64,000 nt of DNA from NCBI GenBank assembly GCA_002430735.1, contig DJCV01000010.1, positions 7,705 through 71,704 on the forward strand, written 5' to 3'. The notes below the pieces were generated by a model. That model was given only the letters and a program-made list of their open reading frames with translations. It was not told the origin of the DNA and ran no database searches. Shown here piece after piece: positions 29,200 to 38,735 of this stretch (the stretch's first letter is position 1; each line of letters begins with the position of its first letter). The stretch is from Candidatus Woesebacteria bacterium UBA5941 (GTDB taxonomy: Bacteria > Patescibacteriota > Microgenomatia > UBA8517). Made by a program: the position numbers and the translations under genes.

Positions 29200-30078
29200 A
29201 TGGCCGCAAAAAAACAGACTCAACAGGGTGTAACTGTTGCAAAAAGTGATGATGGATCAATCCAAATGATGTTCACGATCGCTTGGGGTGAAATTGAAAG
29301 TGCCCAGAAAAAAGCAGTTGAAAAACTCAGTGCTGATATTACTGTCCCAGGGTTCCGTAAAGGAAAGGCTCCTATCGAAACGGCAATGGGACATATTCCG
29401 AAAGACACTGTCGTTCAGGAAATAGTTGGTGCAGTTCTTCCAGAGAAAATCTCCCAGGCTTACAAAGATCACGATATTACTCCAATTATGTATCCCAAAC
29501 TTGAGCTCATGCATGCGCATGAAGGTGAGGATTGGGAAATTCGTGCAGTAACAGCACAACTTCCACAAATTAAGCTTGGCGATTACAAAGAAAAAATCAA
29601 AGCAGCGCTCGCAACAGATAGTATTTGGACACCTGAAAAGGGAGCTGACAAACCAAAAGAAATGAGTGCAGAAGAAAAAGAAAATATTGCATTAAAAACA
29701 CTGATTGATTCAGTGGAAGTAGTGCTTCCAAATGTACTTATTGAAGAAGAGGCAAATCATAGAATTTCTGCACTTCTTGCTCGACTTGAAAAATTAGGGC
29801 TAAGTTTGGAAAATTATTTAGCTTCACAAAACAAGAAACCAGAAGACTTGAGGGCTGAGTATGCGAAAGCAGCAAGTGAATCACTGAAGGTTGAACTGAT
29901 CTTAGGAAAAATTGCTGAAGATCAAAAGATTTCCATTGACGAGAAAGAAGTTGATGCATTCGCAAAAGTAACCGAAGCTGATCCAAGACGCGCTGGTATG
30001 CCTATTACAAACGAGGAAAAAAGCACCATTCGAACATTACTTACGAAACGTAAAGCTATCGAACACCTTGTCTCATAA
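29200..30078 (+). CDS. tig: Trigger factor lacking the FKBP domain
   Basis: VPGFRKGKAP ribosome-binding loop joined directly to the SurA-like C-domain; 292 aa. Confidence 0.92.
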   Translation: MAAKKQTQQGVTVAKSDDGSIQMMFTIAWGEIESAQKKAVEKLSADITVPGFRKGKAPIETAMGHIPKDTVVQEIVGAVLPEKISQAYKDHDITPIMYPKLELMHAHEGEDWEIRAVTAQLPQIKLGDYKEKIKAALATDSIWTPEKGADKPKEMSAEEKENIALKTLIDSVEVVLPNVLIEEEANHRISALLARLEKLGLSLENYLASQNKKPEDLRAEYAKAASESLKVELILGKIAEDQKISIDEKEVDAFAKVTEADPRRAGMPITNEEKSTIRTLLTKRKAIEHLVS

Positions 30079-30113
30079 CGTAGTTTTTTCGTATCATACG
30101 GAAGAAACCTATT

Positions 30114-30731
30114 ATGAATCAAAAAAATAGTAAAACTCCGCTTTACAAAAATCCATTAGAAGCGCTTCGCGAAAGCGGGTCAGAGGTACTCTCCACAACA
30201 AACAATGAAGTCTTCCGTCCAATGACTGAGGAATTCATGAATCAAATCCTGGGTCGGAAGCGAAAATTCCATGGTGAGATAAAGCCTGGTGAATCAGTTG
30301 AAATGAGACAGATCTTCAATGGGAAACAAGAACAGCATGAAAAGTATCGCGATCAAGTTGTCCTTGAGCGACGTCTCTATGAAGAAGAGCGAGTGCTCGT
30401 TGAAAAAAGAACTGGGGAATTGCGATTGCAAATCGAAGCTATTCAGGTTGAAGTGACAAAACTTGCTAAAGCAACACCACGCTTGGCGAAGGAAGTTGAA
30501 GTGGCTTCATTTCAAGCACCCACAAATGTTACGATCTATGAATTATTTTTCTTGAAACATTTATTTGATTTCATTAAAAGTTTTAGAGAACACATTGAAC
30601 AAGCGCACGTCTGGCTCGCTTCCACAAATGCACGTGCACACAAGAAAAATGTATGGGGAGCAAATTATAAAAAATATGGTGCCCGGTACTTAATGTCTGG
30701 TGAGCACTATTCCGGAAGGTCTTCTGCGTAA
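30114..30731 (+). CDS. Coiled-coil hypothetical protein (DUF5660-like, CPR)
   Basis: NPLEALRE start, central coiled coil, W...YKKYG..Y.MS.E end; family recalled, not searched. Confidence 0.6.
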   Translation: MNQKNSKTPLYKNPLEALRESGSEVLSTTNNEVFRPMTEEFMNQILGRKRKFHGEIKPGESVEMRQIFNGKQEQHEKYRDQVVLERRLYEEERVLVEKRTGELRLQIEAIQVEVTKLAKATPRLAKEVEVASFQAPTNVTIYELFFLKHLFDFIKSFREHIEQAHVWLASTNARAHKKNVWGANYKKYGARYLMSGEHYSGRSSA

Positions 30732-30744
30732 AGGTTTTACTTCG

Positions 30745-30888
30745 TTGACAGAAAAGATGAGTTATCCTTATACTATTTTGGCATGCAGAGAAACTTCTTT
30801 ATATCTTCATTGAGTCTATACCCAGAGCACCATTAACATGATGCTCCAAGACAAACAAGAAACCCCTCCAACAAGAGGGGATTTTTAA
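30745..30888 (+). promoter_or_regulatory. Promoter plus attenuator-like leader of the ATP-grasp gene
   Basis: TTGACA-18nt-TATACT; uORF; hairpin GAGCA..TGCTC (30825-46); CCCCTC-6nt-GAGGGG-ATTTTT (30863-86). Confidence 0.6.
30783..30836 (+). CDS. Candidate 17-aa leader/precursor peptide MQRNFFISSLSLYPEHH
   Basis: ATG 8 nt after TATACT, matching the leaderless spacing seen across this window. Confidence 0.4.
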   Translation: MQRNFFISSLSLYPEHH

Positions 30889-32325
30889 TTGCCCATGTCG
30901 AAAGAACACGCACAATCTCTGTATCCATCAAACGGAAGTAAGCCTGATATTGGCGTTTTATATCACAATGTTGGATACGGAGTTCTGAGAGGATCTGATG
31001 AAGCAACTCAGCAAAGAATTCATGAATATTACGGTTCCCGCGGTGGTCATTTACCTGATGGATACGAATCAGCAGTATTAGTGCCGGATGCAGGAAACGT
31101 TGAAGTGCAAAAACAATTTGAATATCTTTCCGAGGCAATGGATAGAAATATTCGAGTAATTGATATTAGTGCATATAAAAATTTGAAAGGCAGAATTTTA
31201 TTAAATCCATATATCAATATTGATACGGTTTCACGGGATCACAGCGGCCCTGATATTGTCGTATGGGGTTTACCTCATGAACTCACAGATCGATTAAAAA
31301 ATAAAGTGCACTCCAATACTGATATACAGCGGTTATCAGAGGAGACCGATATTCCTCTTGCAATCCCAGACATGTGGATCAGTCATATTCGTGAACTCCC
31401 TGAAGTTGGACTTACCGCAGTAACTCAGATACAAGCAATGTACGATCAATACACCCCTGAATACAACCAATTTTTCGGCGTTATATTTAGAAATGGAGAA
31501 GCGGACGGAGGATATGGGAATGTTGTCATGAAACGAACAAAAGAAGGGTATTGGGATGTCTGTCCAAACGCAGGCGAAGTGTATCAATTGCAAAATATCG
31601 AGGATGCCTTGCTTTTATCTCAAAACTTTTTAAGGCAAAGCATGAATGAAGCCATTGAACCACGTGTCGTTATTAATAGACTCATTGAAAAAGAAGACTC
31701 ACCAGGAATGTCTGTCTTATTTTTAGGTGGCGAAGTGCACTCGCTTGGATGGAATGGACAGATACCCAGTAAAAGTGGTGAAGCGTGCGTGGGAACAATG
31801 AAATATGTTCCGACAAATGAATACTTGCGAAGATATCAAGATCGTCATGAAGAAGAGTCTGCATGGGCATTTGCTCAATATGTGTATGCCGTGAGTGAAG
31901 CGCAAGGGATTGACCCAACCTCTATTCATGGCATTGCAAATGTAGATATCATGATTCCAGGAAAACTTGAACAATTATTTCTCGCGCGTTCAAATCGAAA
32001 CCCTGATGTTGTATATGTTGCTGAATGCAACCCTCGCTGGACAAATTATTCCGATGCAGTCAGTTTAGTTGCATGGGTAAAGGGATTTCCACTAACAGTT
32101 GAGGGCTTTAAACAGGTCATACAGGAAGGGATTGTTGCAGTTGATAAAGTACCTCATTCTCAAAAATCCAGAGACTCCTTAAGAAACGCTGTTAAAAAAA
32201 CGAGTGCCCAAATGGGTGAAAAGGATGGAGCAATACTAAGAATGCCATCAGAAAAAACGGCGGGAATTATTTATTATGGAAATACTGACGTAGTTGAACA
32301 AAGAATACTGCAGGAAATTTCCTAA
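30889..32325 (+). CDS. ATP-grasp superfamily enzyme (PGM1 peptide-ligase-like)
   Basis: LKNK, GEADGGYGN loop, VVINRLI, ANVDIM, AECNPRWT (E-x-N-x-R). Confidence 0.65.
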   Translation: MPMSKEHAQSLYPSNGSKPDIGVLYHNVGYGVLRGSDEATQQRIHEYYGSRGGHLPDGYESAVLVPDAGNVEVQKQFEYLSEAMDRNIRVIDISAYKNLKGRILLNPYINIDTVSRDHSGPDIVVWGLPHELTDRLKNKVHSNTDIQRLSEETDIPLAIPDMWISHIRELPEVGLTAVTQIQAMYDQYTPEYNQFFGVIFRNGEADGGYGNVVMKRTKEGYWDVCPNAGEVYQLQNIEDALLLSQNFLRQSMNEAIEPRVVINRLIEKEDSPGMSVLFLGGEVHSLGWNGQIPSKSGEACVGTMKYVPTNEYLRRYQDRHEEESAWAFAQYVYAVSEAQGIDPTSIHGIANVDIMIPGKLEQLFLARSNRNPDVVYVAECNPRWTNYSDAVSLVAWVKGFPLTVEGFKQVIQEGIVAVDKVPHSQKSRDSLRNAVKKTSAQMGEKDGAILRMPSEKTAGIIYYGNTDVVEQRILQEIS

Positions 32326-32390
32326 CAGAGATGGAAAATTTAGTAAAACTTCAAAAAACATATAAAAAGCCGTATAATCAACTTCTATCG

Positions 32391-32464
32391 GGACCCTTAG
32401 CTCAATTGGCTAGAGCGATTCATTGACGTTGAATAGGTTCTGGGTTCAAGTCCCAGGGGGTCCA
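32391..32464 (+). tRNA. tRNA-Val (GAC)
   Basis: Acceptor GGACCCT/GGGGTCC, anticodon arm ATTCA-TTGACGT-TGAAT, TTCAAGT; TATAAT upstream. Confidence 0.95.
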
Positions 32465-32501
32465 CACAGTAACTCCACCTTCGCTTCTGGAAACGATTTT
32501 A

Positions 32502-34010
32502 TTAATGAGTCCCTCTTTGAAGCAGATCTAAACTGGTGCTTTGCATAAGCGGGGAGGGGTTAATTGCTTGCAGTTTTTCTATAGTTTCAACATTTCTAAA
32601 CACAAGCGCTAGTATCGCGTCCTCTAACAGTAAATGTAGATTATACGTAAGCGTTGGTTGTGCATGTTTTATATAGCTTAAGTATGCTTTTGTTGTTTCA
32701 CCTTCAACAAAGGAAGGAATCCCAAAAGGAAGTAATTTACCATCCAAATACTTTGTTCGAGCTGATGCTTCTCCTCCGTATGGCTTAAATAATTTACCTT
32801 TACTATCAACAAAAAAGAGTGCCCCTCCTGGTGATTCAATAGTGCCACCACCGACCACTCGCGTAACTCCAATACCACTTGCACCAAGTAATAGAGTCAC
32901 TGCAATATGATCAGATGCGCCACCTTCGACGAGCACTGGCTTATCAATCTCTCCGCGCAAATTCCAAACCAGTGCAGGCCATTCAATGGCACTACCACTT
33001 CGCACGCCGGTTATACAACGACCTCCACCACCGATACCCAGATAGAGTCCATCCGCACCAGCACGGCATGCAGCAACAGCTTGCTTCACATCAATAATTT
33101 GTCCGGTAAATATCTCTATTTCATCTCCGTACTGCTTTCGCAGTGCAGTCACAGTCTCAACAGGACCAGTTCCTGGCTCTGGAGAGTACACCCTGAATGT
33201 CCTTACTCCTGCTTTAAAAAGCATTTCAGTTCTTACTAATGCCTTGGCAGGATCTGCCTCAACAGTTCCCATGATGTTTGACTTCCAGTGAGCAGTAACA
33301 CGCTCACGATCTGGGTTGTCAGATAACAACGTGTCTGCCAACTCATCAAGTATTTCAAATACTTCTCGGGCGACATCAGTCTGACGTTCACTCTGAGCTA
33401 AAACTCCATTGCGGGGAATACAAGTTAATGCATGAGATGCAGCCATCGTTGCAATTGCAAGTGATGAATTCCACACATCGGGAGAAGCGGATCCGACAAA
33501 CGGAATACGAGCATATTTACCGAGCTTCAAAAATGGCCCATGCGCGTATCGTTCAGTCCGGCTTGCACGCTCATGATCGGCTCCAACAACACTTGCCGCA
33601 AGGTCTCCTATCGAAAGGGATAATCCATTCTTTTCTGCTTGAGTAAATACGGGTGCCGCAATTTTTTTCGGTGCTATGAAAGGACGTTTTGTTGTCTCAA
33701 GAAGACTGTTTAATCGATAGGGATGATTAAATAGTTTTAAAAAGAACCACCGCATGGCAAGCGTTTCATAAATCCGAGAAATAGGAAGCATATGCACTGA
33801 CTGGTAATCAAGGTAATCAAATGGCGTTTTTAAGAGTCCTTGGCTTGGAGATACTGTTGGATGTTCCTGGCTTAAAGCAAGCCAACGGGTAAGGTATGTT
33901 TTACTTTTCTGTCTTTTCTTTAATTCAGACAGTATTTGTTTGGTACCATGATCCGGATCTCGTAAAAGACCGAAGTCTGCTCGTAGGCTTTCTAGGTTTT
34001 TGTTCTTCAC
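32502..34010 (-). CDS. Divergent IMP dehydrogenase/GMP reductase-family protein with an unknown N-terminal extension
   Basis: AGAD...LGIGGGGRCITG catalytic-Cys loop, VEGG, T.ESPG, KPYGGEAS, VEG; start moved to GTG 34010 to avoid overlap with rdgB. Confidence 0.75.
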   Translation of the reverse strand: MKNKNLESLRADFGLLRDPDHGTKQILSELKKRQKSKTYLTRWLALSQEHPTVSPSQGLLKTPFDYLDYQSVHMLPISRIYETLAMRWFFLKLFNHPYRLNSLLETTKRPFIAPKKIAAPVFTQAEKNGLSLSIGDLAASVVGADHERASRTERYAHGPFLKLGKYARIPFVGSASPDVWNSSLAIATMAASHALTCIPRNGVLAQSERQTDVAREVFEILDELADTLLSDNPDRERVTAHWKSNIMGTVEADPAKALVRTEMLFKAGVRTFRVYSPEPGTGPVETVTALRKQYGDEIEIFTGQIIDVKQAVAACRAGADGLYLGIGGGGRCITGVRSGSAIEWPALVWNLRGEIDKPVLVEGGASDHIAVTLLLGASGIGVTRVVGGGTIESPGGALFFVDSKGKLFKPYGGEASARTKYLDGKLLPFGIPSFVEGETTKAYLSYIKHAQPTLTYNLHLLLEDAILALVFRNVETIEKLQAINPSPLMQSTSLDLLQRGTH

Positions 34011-34040
34011 GATTGAAAACAAGACCACTATACTACATTC

Positions 34041-34598
34041 ATGAAAGTGAGCAAGATATATTTTGCAACAACGAACGAAGGAAAGATTGCAGAAGCAAAA
34101 ACACTTCTTGGAATTGGGATTGAAGGGTGCGGCCTTCCCATTGATGAAATCCAATCACTGGATGCTTCAGAAGTTGCTCGAAAAAAAGCACTTGCTTACT
34201 ATGAAAAACTGCAAAAACCAATTTTAGTCGAAGACGTTTCACTCACTTTCCAAGCCTTAAATGGACTTCCCGGAACATATATTAATGACTTTTCAAAGGT
34301 ACTTGATAACAAAGGGTTGTGTCACTTAATGCGTGACGAGAAAGATCGCTGTGCAACGGCAATCACAACGCTCGTGTTTATTGATAGTGAAGGCACACCG
34401 CACGAGTTCGTGGGGGAGGTACATGGTGATATCACAAAAGAGCCAAGAGGAGAGAAAGGGTTTGGATGGGATCCCATTTTTCAGCCAAACGGATCAGATA
34501 AAACGCTTGCAGAAATGGATATCGAAGAAAAAAACACCTACTCAATGAGAGCACGTGCATTTGAAAAATTTAAAACCTGGCTTGAGACCCAGGAGTAA
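34041..34598 (+). CDS. rdgB: Non-canonical purine NTP pyrophosphatase (HAM1/RdgB)
   Basis: ATTNEGK, EIQ, VEDVSL...LNGLPG, GFGWDPIF, EKN..S.R. Confidence 0.93.
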   Translation: MKVSKIYFATTNEGKIAEAKTLLGIGIEGCGLPIDEIQSLDASEVARKKALAYYEKLQKPILVEDVSLTFQALNGLPGTYINDFSKVLDNKGLCHLMRDEKDRCATAITTLVFIDSEGTPHEFVGEVHGDITKEPRGEKGFGWDPIFQPNGSDKTLAEMDIEEKNTYSMRARAFEKFKTWLETQE

Positions 34599-34650
34599 TA
34601 TCGAGCGGGATTAGCCACAGACATCCTCTTCTACTATAATAGCGCTATCA

Positions 34651-34721
34651 GGGCCCCTCGTTCAGTGGTAGGACACATGGCTGGCAGTCATGGAATGAGG
34701 GTTCGATTCCCTCGGGGTCCA
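34651..34721 (+). tRNA. tRNA-Ala (GGC)
   Basis: Acceptor GGGCCCC/GGGGTCC with G3-U70, anticodon loop CTGGCAG, TTCGATT. Confidence 0.95.
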
Positions 34722-34740
34722 CATAGTCCACAAAACACAC

Positions 34741-35622
34741 ATGAAAAAAGATCAAACAGCAAACACAGTACAAACCGGAACACAATCCAAAAAGGTTTCA
34801 ACATACTTCCAGCGGCTCGTTATCGTTCTAATCGCAGTTATTGCGGTGATTTGGACTATTGAACCAGTTTCTGCGGGAAGCGTTAAAGTTGTCACGCGTT
34901 TTGGGGGAGTCACCGGAAGGGTGTTGCAGCCAGGTCTTAATTTCATCATTCCGTTTGTTGAATCAACGCGCCAAATAAATACTAAGTATTTAATTTATGA
35001 AACCATGCGCGATGACGATAGACAGACTTCCGGATCAGATTACACTGATGCACCAGTGGATACGAATACCGAAGATGGACAACGGGTAAATATTTTCTAC
35101 ACAATTCGCTTTTCAGTAGATTCAACTCGAGCAACCTGGGTTACAGAACGGTTTGGAACAGAAGAAGCATTGGTCGATAAAATTGTACGAGCTGAGTCAC
35201 GAAGCGTTGCGAGGACTGTTCCCTCAAACTATACCGCTGAAGAATTATATGTTGGAACTGGGAAGGAAAAGATTGCACAACTAATTGCTGATGGAATCAA
35301 ACAAAAACTCGCTGATAACGGAATTCTGCTTGATTCAGTGCTTGTAAGAGAAGTTGATTTTAACGACCAATACACTCAGTCAATTGAGGCAAAGCAGATT
35401 GAAGCAGTAAAAGTCGAAACTGCAAAAAACATTGCAGCACGAGCAGAATTTGAAAAACAAGCCACTATCCGCGCAGCAGAAGCACAAGCTGAGGCACAAC
35501 GACTACAAAGCTTAACAATTACTGAACAATATGCACGTTTAGAGTGGATTAAACGTTGGGACGGAAAGTTACCGACATACATGACCGGGGATGCACAAAA
35601 TCTCATCCAGTTGCCAAGATAA
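34741..35622 (+). CDS. SPFH/prohibitin (band 7) membrane protein
   Basis: TM then V.AG...V..RFG, PGLNFIIPF, SIEAKQ coiled coil, WDGKLP end. Confidence 0.92.
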   Translation: MKKDQTANTVQTGTQSKKVSTYFQRLVIVLIAVIAVIWTIEPVSAGSVKVVTRFGGVTGRVLQPGLNFIIPFVESTRQINTKYLIYETMRDDDRQTSGSDYTDAPVDTNTEDGQRVNIFYTIRFSVDSTRATWVTERFGTEEALVDKIVRAESRSVARTVPSNYTAEELYVGTGKEKIAQLIADGIKQKLADNGILLDSVLVREVDFNDQYTQSIEAKQIEAVKVETAKNIAARAEFEKQATIRAAEAQAEAQRLQSLTITEQYARLEWIKRWDGKLPTYMTGDAQNLIQLPR

Positions 35623-35651
35623 ACTTCTATAACTTTTTGGTTTTTTTAAAC

Positions 35652-35683
35652 AAAAAAACTCCCGCCACATACTATGGCGGGGT
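35652..35683 (-). terminator. Terminator of orphan 35707-36438
   Basis: A7-CT-CCCGCCA-7nt-TGGCGGG. Confidence 0.7.
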
Positions 35684-35706
35684 AAATATAAAAACCTAAT
35701 AGCTAC

Positions 35707-36438
35707 TTAGTTGTACTGCAATACAATAGTCGATGTTGCATTGCCGTTGGTATCTACAAATCCCTGAATGCCATGCGGCATCCAATCCTTGATTACGTCC
35801 AACGTCATGTCTGCAAAAACGTCGCGTGAGTATGGAATCCCTACGAATAAGACGGCTGCATCTTCTGAAATTGCAGTATACCCGTCGAATGTAGAAGAGA
35901 CACGCCACCCATCGGTTTCGTTCCATGAAATCGGAGCAGGTGAATGGCCTTTAATCTGTACAAGCTTATCCAGCGGCGCATCGCCATGAACAATGCCAAT
36001 GACCTGTTCATCACGAAGAATGATCACGTCATCTTCAATATTGATCAATTCTTCAGGGCAATACCGAGATAACAACCAGCTCTGTAGAAGCCCCACATCC
36101 CCGTTAAAAACTTCTTCGCCACGAACCAAACGGGTTTGTTCTTCGGCAAACCAAAATTCCTGGTTCCAGCCAGACATTTCATAGACGTACCAGGTGTTGT
36201 CCATGCTGACAATTTCAAAATAGAAGTCCTCGGTGTTAAAACAATCCTGCATGAGGCCGTAGGACATTCCGTCTTCGTCTGGCAAAGGTGAAAACCCATA
36301 CGTCAGGGTTTGATCCCGGTACTGGTAGTGGGGTGCTGCCCACTCCAAATCGATAAAAGGTTGGTCTTGCGCCGCTGCATTGAACGCCGAAATGAGGCCA
36401 AAAAACAGTCCGATTCCAAGGATAACTAACGATTTCAT
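35707..36438 (-). CDS. Orphan secreted acidic protein, 243 aa (SD-led unit)
   Basis: Signal peptide ending AAA-Q; TTGACA-16nt-TATAAT (36490-517); GGAGGAGG. Confidence 0.78.
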   Translation of the reverse strand: MKSLVILGIGLFFGLISAFNAAAQDQPFIDLEWAAPHYQYRDQTLTYGFSPLPDEDGMSYGLMQDCFNTEDFYFEIVSMDNTWYVYEMSGWNQEFWFAEEQTRLVRGEEVFNGDVGLLQSWLLSRYCPEELINIEDDVIILRDEQVIGIVHGDAPLDKLVQIKGHSPAPISWNETDGWRVSSTFDGYTAISEDAAVLFVGIPYSRDVFADMTLDVIKDWMPHGIQGFVDTNGNATSTIVLQYN

Positions 36439-36604
36439 TTTTCCTCCTCCGAGGTGATTAAATGTGCTAAATGCTTAACTGATAGAAGGATTATAGCTCA
36501 AAAGCTGCCCTTGTCAACATTACAGGATACTTTGATGTGTGTTGTTTTACATATAAAACGCACTATGAGATAATCTCATTCCTACATCTGTAAAGGAGGC
36601 TCTT

Positions 36605-37045
36605 ATGCCATCGTTAGAAGTATTAGTAATTGGGCGGCATGTCGTTCCAGGTGATAAGAACTATGAAGCTCGGGCTAAAATCGCAGAGATGATTCTGAGC
36701 AGACCGGATCAGATCAATCTCACACAACTTGCTGACCGTGCAACATTGCAGGAGATGTCAGGGATAGACCTTGCGACTGTTGATGGATCGGTTGGCTTTT
36801 TGAAGCTAAAGCCTGACTTTGTTATATACATTGTCGATGATGTCTTCAATGTTGAATGCTTTTACCTGTTTCACCTCGCGTATTCATACTTCGAACGGAA
36901 TAAGCAACAGGGACGGATTCTGCTTATCAAAATGAGTGACGAATCACAGGAAGCAGGTTTAAGCTTGGTTGAAAAAACCATTGTTTGGCACCACCCTGAA
37001 CCGGCTGAAAAGCTCGCTCAATTCATTGATCAGATGTATCAGTAA
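36605..37045 (+). CDS. Orphan alpha/beta protein, 146 aa, weakly receiver-like (SD-led unit)
   Basis: TTTACA-17nt-GATAAT, AAGGAGG, ATG; VLVI / KPDFVIY / ILLI strand pattern. Confidence 0.7.
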   Translation: MPSLEVLVIGRHVVPGDKNYEARAKIAEMILSRPDQINLTQLADRATLQEMSGIDLATVDGSVGFLKLKPDFVIYIVDDVFNVECFYLFHLAYSYFERNKQQGRILLIKMSDESQEAGLSLVEKTIVWHHPEPAEKLAQFIDQMYQ

Positions 37046-37051
37046 AATAGT

Positions 37052-37080
37052 GCAGCAGGGAGTAATCACTCCCTGCTTGC
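37052..37080 (+). terminator. GC-rich hairpin after the orphan gene (no U tract)
   Basis: AGCAGGGAGT-AATC-ACTCCCTGCT. Confidence 0.55.
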
Positions 37081-37116
37081 ACCTCATTCTAAAGCGCAGT
37101 ATTCTTAGAAATAAGC

Positions 37117-37893
37117 ATGCTACTTCAAACGTTACTTCTTTCTTCAATAGTCGTTTTTGCTCTCGTAACCACAGGATTTATCTTAGCTGTAAAGCTTAAA
37201 AATAACGGGATTGCAGATGTATTGTGGGGCATTGGGTTTATTGTTATTACGTATACAACTCTCTTTGTAAACGGCATTTATTCAATCCGACAACTCGTCG
37301 TGACAGTACTCGTACTATTCTGGGGTGTCAGGCTTGCTGCACATATCTTCATGCGAAACAAAGGAAAAAAAGAGGACTTCAGATATGCTGCATGGAGAGC
37401 ACAATGGGGGAAAGCATGGGTCATTAAAAGTTACCTCTATGTCTTTTTGTTGCAAGGATTTTTCATGCTCCTTGTAGCCCTCCCCGTATTATTCACAAAT
37501 ACATATCCTGGTCCCACGATAGGACTCCTTGACCGGATTGGGGTAGTAATGTGGCTTATTGGGTTTTATTTTGAAGCAGTGGGTGATTGGCAGCTAATGC
37601 AATTTAAGAAAAAAGCGAGCAACAAAGGACAGATTATGAATAAAGGTTTGTGGAAATACACAAGACACCCTAATTACTTTGGGGAAAGTCTCATGTGGTG
37701 GGGGATTTATGTAATAGCGCTCTCAAATATGTCCGCATGGTGGACATTTATTGGACCTCTTTTTATTACATTTTCACTGTTAAAAGTTTCAGGAGTTACA
37801 ATGCTTGAGCGTAAATACAAAGGTGACAAAGCATACCGTGAATACCAAAAAACAACATCAGCTTTCTTCCCATGGTTTCCTTCAAAATCTTGA
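37117..37893 (+). CDS. DUF1295 / steroid 5-alpha-reductase-like membrane protein
   Basis: ADVLWG, WGVRL, EDFRY, E..GD.QL..FK, GLWKYTRHPNYFGE, Y.EYQ..TS.F.PW. Confidence 0.92.
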   Translation: MLLQTLLLSSIVVFALVTTGFILAVKLKNNGIADVLWGIGFIVITYTTLFVNGIYSIRQLVVTVLVLFWGVRLAAHIFMRNKGKKEDFRYAAWRAQWGKAWVIKSYLYVFLLQGFFMLLVALPVLFTNTYPGPTIGLLDRIGVVMWLIGFYFEAVGDWQLMQFKKKASNKGQIMNKGLWKYTRHPNYFGESLMWWGIYVIALSNMSAWWTFIGPLFITFSLLKVSGVTMLERKYKGDKAYREYQKTTSAFFPWFPSKS

Positions 37894-37950
37894 CCAAGCG
37901 CAGGTTATAGGGTATAATTTCGCATCGTCAATTGAGAAAGGGGCAATAAC

Positions 37951-38295
37951 ATGCCTGTTCAAAAAGTGGTCGCAGAATTGTACGGAGCACAGTTTACCCC
38001 TGATAACTTGTTGGAAATCGCTGAGGCGCTCCATTCAATGTTTTCAGGTAGCGAAATCTTTGTTGAGAAGCGTACGGGACACGTTTATTTCAGGATTGAT
38101 CCCGACGACACTCTGGTGCCATTCGATCCTGCAGTTGCCATTTTAGGGCCTGAAATGAGTATTGATGAGCTGAAGACACTTGCCCAAAAGGTGCAACAAG
38201 TCTTGTTTGTCAACCAGGTGGCTGCACAATCGCCTGCTGTCATATATATCGAAGATATGCTTGAAGAAGGTGACGCACAGGTTCCTGTGCATTAA
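37951..38295 (+). CDS. Orphan protein, 114 aa (SD-led unit)
   Basis: TTGACC-17nt-TATAAT (37890-918), GAAAGGGG, ATG. Confidence 0.72.
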   Translation: MPVQKVVAELYGAQFTPDNLLEIAEALHSMFSGSEIFVEKRTGHVYFRIDPDDTLVPFDPAVAILGPEMSIDELKTLAQKVQQVLFVNQVAAQSPAVIYIEDMLEEGDAQVPVH

Positions 38296-38331
38296 GTAAA
38301 AGACCACCAATTGATGAAAGGGCACGTTTAC

Positions 38332-38724
38332 ATGCGTGCCCTTTTTTTGTTTCGTTTTTTTGAAAAAAGACCTATAGCAGCGTATACTACAATACCGACA
38401 GCTAGTGAATGGAATTCTGAAATGGTTGTGACGCTGTATGGATTATCAAAGCCCGCGGAAGTTGTCATGCGAAAAGTGTTTGGGGACGACGCGACATATG
38501 AAGTGAATCCAGAGGGGATACGGTATGCAATTAAAGGTGTTCCTACAACACCAGGGATAATTGTCTCCGTCGAACCAAAGGATAAAACACCAGTAGCATT
38601 AAGTGATCTGGTTAACTTAAGTGGCGTTTTCCTGCAATATATTTTCGCGTTAGACAACGAGACACTGCCGTTTACATACGATGTAGCTTATGAAGGCAAG
38701 GTAATCGGACAACTCACTTTCTGA
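38332..38724 (+). CDS. Orphan protein, 130 aa (SD-led; possible paralog of the previous gene)
   Basis: GAAAGGG then ATG 38332; terminator downstream. Confidence 0.68.
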   Translation: MRALFLFRFFEKRPIAAYTTIPTASEWNSEMVVTLYGLSKPAEVVMRKVFGDDATYEVNPEGIRYAIKGVPTTPGIIVSVEPKDKTPVALSDLVNLSGVFLQYIFALDNETLPFTYDVAYEGKVIGQLTF

Positions 38725-38735
38725 TCGGTGCTTGA

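Noticed and set aside
34011-34154. Long antisense overlap of the IMPDH-like ORF with rdgB
   Set aside because: ORF-track extension with Cys-rich, non-protein-like sequence; GTG 34010 with its own -10 removes the overlap.
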